NCBI RefSeq assembly: GCF_963921235.1
Contig: NC_086097.1
Span: forward strand, 202,184,001 to 202,248,000
Reading direction: 5' to 3'
Source: Mobula hypostoma
Taxonomy: Eukaryota
Length of the DNA stretch: 64,000 bases
The stretch's first letter is position 1, and every line of letters begins with the position of its first letter. Positions 26,462 to 37,615 of this stretch are shown here, in pieces. The translations under genes and the position numbers were made by a program. The notes beneath the pieces are model-generated. The model did not search any database, was not told the DNA's origin, and was given only the letters and a program-made list of their open reading frames with translations.

Positions 26462-28034
26462 CATTTGAAAGGACAGGATGTTGTAAGTACATCATATTTG
26501 AATAAGTAAGTTTACTATACCTAGATGACCACATTCATCTTAAAGAAAAATCCAGATGCTGGAATCTATTACAATTTATCACAGTTTTCTCTCCTGCTAT
26601 AACAAGACAGTAAGGAAAGAAGGACGTTGAAAGAATTGAGGAAGTGGCTTGAAAAGATTTGTTACGCAGAGGATGATTAAGTAGAACACTCTTGCACAAA
26701 GATCAGTTTAATGAGCTGGATCAGTTGCCCAATTTGGAAAATGTTATTATAACTGTTAAGGTAAGCCAATAGCTTGTTTAATATTTTTGGTTCCATATCA
26801 AAAATATTCTTTTTTTAGTTTCCTATTTTATATGGAAATCCAAAATTTAAACAATTTTAGTTTGTTAATTTAGTATTAACACCAAATACCTAAGATTTTA
26901 AAAAATATTGAGTATATAAGCTGTTCAGTTACTTGAGAGTTAAATATTTTTCAACATGATTTTGTTAACCTTTTAAATTGAAACCTACAAAGAATAATTG
27001 GAGATTTCCTTAATAATTTTTCTTCGTTCATAATTTGAATAATGTGCACTTTTAATATTTTCTTAATTCTTGTAGCTGATTGCAGGTCAATATTCTCTAC
27101 CTATGGTTGAAGTGAACCATATAGAAAGATGCTGCCGTGAGTAGATTAATATTATTCTCATCATTGGCAGCATTTCTAGAGAAAAGCATTTCAGCCAACA
27201 AACAATATTACTAATGTATATATCTCCTGTAGTTACAGCCATCTGCAGTAGAATTTTGAATATAGCATTTTCTATAGTGAGGCAGTGAGGTGATTACATC
27301 ACTGAAGAATTATGGGATGACTCACTAGTGATTCCTGGCAATTGGATTTTATTCCTACGTATGTCACTTGCAGTGCATCATTCCTGCACTGTGTCACTTA
27401 GCAGTAGAAGTATGCTCAAAGCAGAAACTGCTGTTACATGGCATTGTTTGACTTTCCAGCTTATGTATAGTGCTGTGGCAATCATATTCATTGAATCTCT
27501 AAAATATTCCAGGAATATTTCAGGCAAAGATTATTTCTGAAAATTACAATTCAAATTACATCATTCAGAGTGATCTGAAGCAACTATTGTTATTCATTCT
27601 GCGGATTTTTTAAATATTGTGCAGAACACACATATATAATAGAATAATTTTTGGAGATTTCCTGGGGAGAATGTAATTGTTCCTTACCCATTACTCTTCA
27701 GTTGTGCCCTTATCAGCGATGTGAATGTATTCAGAGCAACCTTGGAATACATGGTAAGATATAATGACCACGACAAGGGAGAGAACCCTGTAGGAATGAC
27801 AGGGTTACAAACAGCACTGTTTCTAGGCTGACAGATACCAAAGGATTAATAAAGAATCAACACCAGTATTCCAGACATATCTTCTAGATTTTAAGGTTGA
27901 GTTTTAACAGTTTGACCAAATGGGCAAGTAGTATGCAAATTGTTACAAAGCGATCCATTTTTCAATATTGACATATCGCTGCAGAGACTTCCCTCCACTA
28001 TTTCCCTGATCAGGTTCTGAACTACAGTAATGTA

Positions 28035-28330
28035 AACAAAGAGGATCATCATTATTGAAATGTTCCCACAACCTATGGACTCACTTTCAAGTACTCTTTA
28101 TCTCACGTTCTGGATATTTATTGCTCATTTATTATTATTATTATTTCTTTCATTTTGTATTTGCACAGTTTGTTGTCTTTTGCACACTAGTTGAATGCCC
28201 AAGCCTTTCATCGATTATGGTTATTGTTGTATTATGGATTTATTCACAATGCTTACAAGAAAATGAATCTCAGGGTGATATATGGTGACATATATGTACT
28301 TAGATAATAAATTTACTTCGAATTTTTGAA
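28035..28330 (+). repeat. Rex/L2-type 3' tail repeat
   Basis: Similar to 49780-50000 (gtttgttgtcttttgcacact...aagaaaatgaatctcag...ataataaattta). Confidence 0.6.
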
Positions 28331-29095
28331 CATTTTCATTAGAAGTCAATTAGAACCTGCAAGGATGACTCCAACATGATTTCCATAGAGTTACACAATT
28401 CATACTTAGCTGTGGCAATAAAGCTTTGGAATAAATAGCTGATCTCCTAAAAACATTTAAATAGTTTAGGGAGAAATGAGGCAGTGTTCTTATGAAACCT
28501 CTAAGGAAATCATAGGCTTCTTCCCTTTCTTCCATCACCTACCCACCTCTATCCTGACCTTCACAAATTATGATTTTAATGCTAGTGGCAGATTGCCTTG
28601 ATTCACTTCGCTGACATAGTTGTGATCTTAACTGTATCTGGGCAGGTCTACATTGAAATAAATGAAATCAGGGAATTAAAATCTACTGGTTTGCTACATA
28701 TCTGTGCACCTATCTGGGACTAAGATGCATCATTAATTAGAATATTTAATCTGTTCTCACATTAGCCAAACATGCCTGCAAGTCCATGCCTATTGCCAAA
28801 ATAGGCAGGGCTGCAAAAGCACAATCTCAGCTCTTGCTGCCAGTCATGAAATTGGCCATAAGTCTACTTTCTTACATTCTCTTTTATTTCCAGCATAGAA
28901 TCATGGAGATGTCCAGCGTAGGAAAGGTCCCCTTAACTTTCCAGGGGGACGCTCATGGAGTGAGCTGTACTTTGGCGTCGCTCCATTCCCTTTATCTTTT
29001 TTACATGTAACCATTCTTATTTACTTTACCTATACCTACACTAAAGGATTTATACGACAAATCTATCTTTGAACTTTGATTTTTACTTACTGAAA

Positions 29096-29880
29096 ATGCA
29101 CAGCAGAGGATGAGAAGTTAAGAACGGAAAGGGCTCTGGCGGGAATGGAAAAAATGATGGTGATCCTGAAGCATCAAAGGAGACTCCAATAACTGTTGAA
29201 ATAATGAAGAAACTTCTAGAGACTACACTTAATCAAAGACTCGCCGTACTTGAAGGAGTTTTGAAGACGATTCAAGATGACGTTAAAGCGTTCAGACATG
29301 AAATTGATCAACAACAAATTAGAATCTTGGAACTAGGTGAAGATGGCCGCAAAAGGGATCAAAAAATTGAATCTCTTGAAAAAAAATCTAACTTCGGCAA
29401 CTCAGCAGTTGGAGCGTTACAAAGCCAATATTATCGATCTTGAAAATCGCTCTCAGTGACAGAATCTGCGAATAGTCAGTTTTACTGAGACAGGAGATCC
29501 TACTAAATACTTTTCTAAATTGTTAGCGGATATGTTTGGTCCCGATATATTGGAGGAACCCCTATTATTAGACCGTGCACATCGTTCTTTACTATGTTCA
29601 TGTTAAGGAACAAGTGACACGAGCTGCTCGGCAGAAAGGCATGATTGAGTTTCAAAGTTTTAAATTTCGAATTGTTGAGGATTTCAGCCAAGAAGTATCG
29701 AAAGAACAGATGGCTTTTAAACCACAGATGTCAGAACTTTATCGTCAGGGCTATAAATTAGCATTGCTGTTCCCAGCCTGTTTGAGAGTTGATATGCCGG
29801 ACAATTCTCGTCGTTTGTTCAAAACTCCGACTGAAGCTCAAAGTTTTCTCGACAATTTGTCTTCTTCTGCTGAGGACTAA
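29096..29880 (+). pseudogene. L1 ORF1 (disrupted)
   Basis: Track ORFs 29204..29443 and 29575..29880 are frameshifted pieces. Confidence 0.8.
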
Positions 29881-30619
29881 TTAATGTACTGTTTTTTCTT
29901 TTCTTTAATCTGTTTTTCATTTCCTTTTTTTAAAAAAATGTTAATATTCAGCTTATAGATTTAGAATTTTATATTTTGAGGGTTCTTGCCTTAATTTTGC
30001 AGTGTAGGTATTTTTTACATTCTTAAATGATAGTACTCTTTTTTGTTGGTGATTTTGTATATCTCACTTTTAATATTCTTACCTTTTGAGAGCAATTTAG
30101 TTACAGTTTTAATGTTCCCTTTTTATTCAAAATGTTACTGGAAAAGTATAGTATTTTAAGATGGTGGATTGCTTCCTTCTCAGAATTTTCTCTTCTTGCG
30201 TCACTTCTGATAATTTATATACGAAAAATGAATAATATGAACTGGCGCTTGGTCTTGTAATCGTTGTAATCTTTTCCTTATATTTATAGTAACTTTTTTT
30301 TCACTTTTTTGACTATAGGTGGTGTTTCTTACGATAAACATATTTCTTTTGGGTTGCTTTCTGGAACGATGGGGTTAGACCGAGCTGTAGATTTAGCATT
30401 GGCCACTTTCTGGCTTTTTTTATGGGTTTTTGTCGGGGGGGTGGCATTTTTGTTCCTATTTTCAGTTTAGTTTTTCTCCTTAAACGGCTGACCTGAAACT
30501 ACCAAAATGTCCGAAATGCCGTGACTTCTGGCTCCTCTTTGGACCTTCTTTCCTCTTCTGGGGTCATGAGTTTGTATTCTGGTTAACCCTTTACATACCT
30601 TATGCTCGATTTCAGTACT

Positions 30620-33600
30620 ATAGATGAGATTAATTTGGTTTCTTGGAATACCAATGGTTTAAACCACCTGATTAAAGGGAAGAAATTTTTTTAAGTATTC
30701 CATAGGATGAATGCTCACAATATCTTTGTACAAGAAACTCAAGTCTGGAAAGAGGATAGTCAGCGTTTTTTTAGGTTCTGGAAGGATCAGCAGTACCACT
30801 TGAATTCACAGGCCAAAGTAAAGGTGTTTCTATTTTTATAGATCCGTCAAATTATTTTTTGCATCATGAGACGGTTCCAGATCCGAATGGTAGATTTTTT
30901 TTCATTACTGGTTTATTATTTAACAAAAAAGTTGTTAAGCTTAATGTTTATGCCCCAAATGTTGATTGTCCCAAATTTTTTAAGAATCTCTTTACATCTC
31001 TTCCTAATTTAAATGATTATATGTTGATTATGGGCTGAGATTTTAACTGTTGTTTAAATCCTCTGATGGATAGATCCATGACCAATCACGTACTTTGGAA
31101 TAAATCGGCTAGTCTTAATTAACTTTTTTATGACTGACTCTTGAATCTCAGAAATTTGGAGATTCTTGCATCCCAACGAGAAAGAGTTCTCATTTTTTCA
31201 CATGTATATCATCACTATTCAAGAATTGATTATTTTCTTATTGACTCTCAATTAATTCCACTTGTTATTGACTGCAAATATGATTCCATTGCTGTTTCCG
31301 ATCATGCACCGTTTAAACTATCTATTAAGTCAAGGGATATATCTCCTGGTTCTAGACAATGGCATTCATGCATTATAGAGGAGTCATCAGGAAATTCTGA
31401 TTGATATAGGGAGGTATAAAATCCTTGAAAAGGTTTATTTATCTCATCATTGTCAACCGTCAGAGTACCATCTTTTTTACGAATCTTAGCAACCTGGCGC
31501 TTAACCGAAGCCGATTTCAATTGATTAGCCAATAGTTTCCCAGTTTTATCACCAAGTATATAGAATTTACTCTTAGTTTTAATTAATTGGCTTTCAATCG
31601 AAGATGATAGGAATAGACTATGTTCCCTTTGAAGTTCAACTCTCTCTTTGTAAAGCTCCTGATTAGGAGCTATAGAATATTTCTTGTCAATTTCTTTGAT
31701 CTTGTCAAGCAGTTTAAGTATTTCATTATTAGTTCGCATTTTTAATCCAGCAGTATATGAAATAATTTGTCCACGAATGTATGCTTTAAAAGTATCCCAT
31801 AGTGTCCTGCTGGAAATTCCCCTCTGTAAAATTTGTTGTAAAGAAAAAATCAATCGGTTCATCAATAAAATTAACAAAATCCAAATCCTGAAGCAAAGTA
31901 GTATTAAATTGCCATTGTCTAGAACTAGAAGATATAGCCCTTGACTTAATAGATAGTTTAAACGGTGCATGATCGGAAACAGCAATGGAATCATATTTGC
32001 AGTCAATAACAAGTGGAATTAATTGAGAGTCAATAAGAAAATTGAATATTCCAAAAGCACCTGGCCCAGACGGATATACAGCAGAACTTTTAAAATATTT
32101 CTCTTCTATACTGGCTCCTTGGCTATGTAGAATTGAATATTCCAAAATTATTTAATGAACGTTTAAAACTAGATGTACCTATTACGGCAGAAGAAATAAA
32201 AAATGCAATTTCTTCGATGAACTCAGGTAAAGCACCTGGCCCAGACAGATATACAGCAGAACTTATAAAATCTTTCTCTACCATACTGACTCCTTGGCTA
32301 TGTAGAATATTCAATTGCTAAGAGACACAAGAATTTATTCAAGCTCAACCTTTTACCATTAATTAGTCAAGTTAAACAACTGATTACTAAGTGGTCCCCA
32401 TTGTCTCTATCACTGATTGGCCGAATTAATGCTATTAATATGATTACTTTACCTAAATTTTTATATCTATTTCAAGCGATACCAATTTTTATTCCTAAAT
32501 CTTTTTTTGATACTATTGATTCTAAAATTTCCTCTTATATATGGCAGAACAAAAATCCCAGGTTAAGTAAAAAATATTTACAGAAGTCCCAGAAAGATGG
32601 TGGTTTAGCATTGCCTAATCTAAGATTCTATTATTGGGCAATTAATATTTGATATTTAATATTTTGGACGCAAGATTGGAATATAATTCCAAGTCCACAC
32701 TGGGTAAACCTTGAAGGTTACTCTGTACAAGGGTTCTGTTTGGTTTCCATTTTAGGAACTTCACTTCCTTGTGTATTATCTAAATTGAATAAACAAATGG
32801 TTAATCCAATAATTAAACATACATTATGAATATGGTTTCATCTTCATAATTTTTTTGGTTTGAACAAATTTATATTATCAAGCCCTATTATATCTTTTTT
32901 TTCAACCCTCAGTTATGGATCAAGTCTTTTTGATATGGAAAATGAAAGATATAACATGTTTTCGTGACTTATTTTTGGATAACTGTTTCATGTCTTTTGA
33001 ACAGTTATCTAATAAATTTAATTTGCCCAGATCCCATTTTTTTAGATATTTACAAATAAGAAACTTTTTAAATACCACACTGCCTACCTTCCCAATCTCA
33101 TATCATCGATAAAATTTTAGGTTTAAATCCCTTTCAGAAGGGATTAATAGCATCTATTTATGACATAATTATGAAATTACAGCCAGGTATAGCTGATAAA
33201 ATTAAAAATGAATGGGAAAGGGAATTTCAACTTTGCCTACCTATAGAGAAATGGGATAAAATTTTCAATTAGTTAGTTCTTTCTCTATATGTGCCAAACA
33301 TACGCTAATACAATCTAAAGTGCATAGGGCCCATATATCTAAAGATAAATTAGCCCATTTTTATTCCTATATAAACCCTATTTGTGACAGATGTCACTCT
33401 GAGGTGGCTTCTTTAACTCATATGTTTTGGTCCTGTCCTCTTTTAGAAAAATTCTGGAAAGATATTTTTGATATTATCTCAACGGATTTGCGTTTTGATT
33501 TACAACCCCATCCTATTACGGCAATTTTTGGTTTGCCAGTGATAGAACATAGATTTTTAACCTCTTCAGCCTGTCGGATGATTGCATTTGTTACTTTAAT

Positions 33601-33780
33601 AGCCAGAAGATCCATTTTATTGAACTGGAAGGAGACCATTCCTCTGACCACATTTCAATGGTTTTCCCGAACTATATCATGTTTAAATTTAGAAAAAAAA
33701 TCAGAAGTGACATCTTTGATCCTTCGGTTAAATTTGAAGAGACTTGGAAACCGTTTATTCAACATTTTCATATGCTGTAA
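30620..33780 (+). pseudogene. L1 ORF2 (disrupted; linker inverted, RT core deleted)
   Basis: EN remnant 30620-31364; linker (LWDTFKAYIRGQII, GDKTGKLLA) lies on the minus strand at 31365-32042; no PQG or xADD motifs present; C-terminal region from ~32330. Confidence 0.85.
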
Positions 33781-34204
33781 TTTGACCTTTCCAAATCCTT
33801 CTTATTAACTTAAAATATATGAATAGAGGAGCGGAGTTGATGATATTACTGAACATGTTCGATTTAAGATATTGGTCTAGCCTTGTTCTGTTTGCTTTTT
33901 TTTGGGTTCAGTATTTAGTTTAATTTTTTGTTTTTTTGGGGGTTTTTCTTTGTTTTTTTTCTTTTTATTTCTTTTCTCTCTATGATTAATTATATTCAGA
34001 GTTTGAAGTCTATTATACCTGTATTATTTGAAATCTTTTTTGTATATGCTTATCAACAATAAGATTATTCCAATCTCTCTATCAATATTGTTATTCTGTT
34101 TATAATTTTGGAAAATTAATAAAGAGATTTAAAAAGAAAGGAAAGGTCCCCTTGGCCCAATTTTCCAAATGGGCCTTTCAACCCAACTAGTCTATGATGT
34201 CCAA

Positions 34205-36470
34205 GATGCCCACAAAGGAGAGTCAGTATTTGTTGTTTACTTGGATTTTCAGAAGGCATTTAACAAGGAGCTTCACAGGAGGCAACTAAACAAAATAAGA
34301 GACCATTGTGTTAGACACAAGGAACTAGCAAGGACAGAGGACTGACTGACGGGCAGAAGTTAGAGAATGAATATAAGGAGGCCCTTTCTAGGATGGCTGC
34401 CAGTGACTATTGAAGTTCTGCAGGGATGATGTTTGACCATAATATTTCACCTTATAAACTGATGATGTAGATGAAGGAAATGATGGCAGTATAGCCACAT
34501 TTGCTGATGATATAAAGATAGGTGGAGGAACAGGTGGGTTGCAGAGACAGAGAGTCTGCAAAAGGACTTGGACAGATTAGGACAGAAGGCAAAAGAAGCT
34601 TCTGCCTAAACGAGATGTATGCCTCCTTTTCCCTCAAAGGTGCCTCAGTATCCCTCTGTGGCTGATAGTAGGAAGCAGAGGGATGGTGTTTCTCTAAATG
34701 GAGGCCCATGTATAGTGCTGTGCCTCAGTGCTGGGCCCATTGTTCTTTGCCATCTGTATTAAAGATTTGGATGACAATGTGCAAAGCAGAGGTTGAGTGG
34801 CTAGAACTTTATCTGTTGGAGCTTTGGAGACTGAGCGATCATATAGTGGTGTATAAAATCCTGAGGGGCATAGATAGGGTGATTGCATGATTTCTTTTCC
34901 CCAGAGCTGGACAGCAAAAGTAAGCCAGGGAGCTGTAGGCCAATGAGCCTGATATCAGCGATGGGTGTGTAACTTACTGAGGGGGTTCTGAGAGAAAGGA
35001 TTTACCAGCATTTGGATGAACAAGATCTGATTTAAGGATAGACAGCACAGGTTTGTGTGTGGGACATCATGTCAAACAAACCTGTTAAAGTATTTTAAAG
35101 AGGTGATGAAGAAAATGAATGAATTAATGAGGGTAGGGTGGTGGACTTAAGCAAGCCATTTGACAAGATCCCACATGGATGGCTTGTCTGAAAGGTTAGA
35201 TTAGATCCTATGAGATCCAAGGAGAGCTATCTAAGTGTATATCCAGTTGGCTTGATGGTAGGAAGCAGAGGGTGATGATAGAAAGTTTTTGTTTAGTTTG
35301 ACAAGTCATGTGCCGCAGAAAAATGTTTATTTAAAATCTCACCCATTTCTATGGCTCCACACTCATCAACTATGGTACTCTTTAAGGGGACTTAATCTCC
35401 CCCAGCCACCATTTTACTCTTTGTATGCCTGTAAAAATTCCTGGGATGTTCCTTAACCTTGCCTGCTGGATCCATCTCATGCCCTCTTGATTTCCTTCTT
35501 AAGAGTTCTTCTACACTTGCAGTGTAATCGTCAAGGGTTTCACTTATTTCTGATTGCCTAAACCCAATATATGCCTCCTTTTCCCTTTTCAGAGCATCCA
35601 TATCTATTGTCAAGCAAGATTCTCTAAACTTGCCAGCCTTGCCCTTCACCCAAATAGGAGCATAGTCCCTGAGCTCTTGATTTTGCACTTCTAAAAGCCT
35701 CCCACTTGCCAGATGTTCCTTTACTGCAAACAATCTCTTCCAATCAACTGCTGCAAGTTCTGGCTTCATGTCTCCAGTTTAAGACCTTAACTAGTGGGCC
35801 AGTCCTGTCTTTCTCCATAGCTAATTTTAAAGTAAGAGAATGTGGTTGCTCGTGCTAGTTGTTGGGAGTTGTGGATAGTGTGGAGGGTTACTGAAGGTTA
35901 CATCAAGACATTGACAGGATGCAGAGCTGGCCTGAGAAGTGGCAGATGGAGTTCAGCCCAGAAAATTGTGAAGTGATTCACTTTGGAAGGTCAAAATTGA
36001 AGGCAGAATACAGGGTTAATGACAGGAATCTTGGCAGTGCAGAGGAACAGAGGTATCTTGGGGTCAGTGTCCATAGATCCCTTGAAATTGCCATGCATTT
36101 GATAGAATTGTTAAGAAGATGTATGGAATGTTGGCCTTCATTGGTTGGGGGATTGAATTCAAGAGCCATAAGGTAATGTTGCAGCTCTATAAAATCTTGG
36201 TTAGGCCACAGTTGGAATATTGTGTTCAGTTCTGGTCTCCTCAGAGGATGCTGCTTGGAATAAAGAACATGTTTTATGAGGACAGGTTGAGCGAGCCAGG
36301 GCTTTTCTCTTTTGAGCGAAGGACGATGAGGGGGTGGCTTGATAGAGCTGTATGCGATGATAAGAGGCATAGAGTGAAATGATAGCTAGCAAGCTAGATT
36401 GATCTTAGAGTAGATTAAATGGCAAAACGTTGTGTCTGAGGAGCCTGTACTGTGTTGTAATATTCTCTGT
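34205..36470. mobile_element. Cluster of degraded CR1 fragments in mixed orientation
   Basis: Plus-strand pieces YLDFQKAF, FADD, WPEKWQMEF, LVRPQLEYCVQFWSP; minus-strand linker piece at 35392-35850. Confidence 0.8.
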
Positions 36471-37615
36471 TCTCATCAGAATGTGCTTGATCAGTGACTT
36501 TTCAGTTACTTGCCCTACCTCATTCCCTAAGAATAGGTCCAGTTTGTGCCCTCTGTGATGGAGTCCGCTGTATAAAAAATCTTGTTACGTTTTGCCATTT
36601 AAGGAGTTTCATGGAGACAGTCACCCCTAAAAGTCAGGAGGCAGGTAGCTGGGTGACTGTCAGGAGAGGGATGGGGAATAGACAGAATGAGCAGAGCACT
36701 CCTGTGGCCATTCCCGTAAGTATACTGTTTTTGATACTGTTAGTGGGGACGACCTACCAGGAACAAGTTGGAGTGGTTGTGTCTCCGGCACCGAGACTAG
36801 ACCCTCAACTCAGAAGGGAAGGAGGGAAAAGAGGAGAGCAGTAGTGATAGGGGATTCGATAGTTAGGGGGACAGATAAGAGGTTCTGTGGGAGAGGTCGA
36901 GAATCCCGGATGGTCTGTTGCCTTCCTGGTGCCAGGGTCTGCTATATCTCAGATCGAGTTCTCGGCATTCTCAGAGGGAGGGTGAGCAGCCAGATGTTGT
37001 GGTCCATGTGGGGACCAATGACGTGGATAGGAAGAAGGAGGAGGTCCTGCAAAGAGAGTTTCGGGAGTTAGGTGCAAAGTTGAAGGATGGGACCTCCAGG
37101 GTTGCGTTCTCAGGATTGCTACCCGTGCCACGTGCTAGTGAGGCTAGAAACAGGAAGATAATGCAGCTAAATATGTGGCTAAGGAGATGGCGCAGAAGGG
37201 AGGGCTTCAAGTTTCTGGACAATTGGACTTTGTTCCAGGGAAGGTGGGTACTGTTCCGACAGGGTGTTTTGCACCTGAACTGGAGGGAGACTAACATCCT
37301 TGCGGGCAGGTTTGCTCGTGCTGCTCCGGGGAGGTTTAAACTAGATTTGCAGGGGGAGGGAAACCAGAGTGTTAGAGCAGATAGTGAAGTGGAGGAGGAT
37401 AAAGGTCATGCGAGGACTGCATGTATAGACAGAAATCAAAGGTTTGTATGTGATAGAAATGTCCTCGGGTGCATCTATTTCTGTCACAGTCCAGTCCGTG
37501 AAGTCCGGACTCCAGGTCTTCCAGCTGTCCCTTGTTTCAATTAGGCTTAATCATAGGCACCTGATGCTCATCTTGGGGCTGGGAATATAAGTGGCCCTGG
37601 GTTTGGGTGTGGGGG

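Larger units (their letters stand above)
28935..34138 (+). mobile_element. L1-clade LINE with both ends present, internally rearranged and inactive
   Basis: Perfect 15-bp TSD AGGAAAGGTCCCCTT (28920-28934, 34139-34153). ORF1 remnants (coiled coil, DLENRS, RIVEDFS, LLFPACLRV). ORF2 SWNTNGL, YSRIDYFL, SDHAP, GKAPGPD, GRINAINMITLPKFLYLFQ and C-x2-C...H-x4-C (CDRC..THMFWSC). AATAAA and A-rich tail. Confidence 0.95.

Noticed and set aside
31302..32145. 236-aa and 119-aa minus-strand ORFs as an independent gene or second L1
   Set aside because: They are the inverted ORF2 segment of the enclosing L1.
36844..37544. GDSL/SGNH esterase as a host enzyme gene (also 24573..25004)
   Set aside because: It is the known ORF1 domain of CR1 elements, directly upstream of ORF2 and frameshifted.
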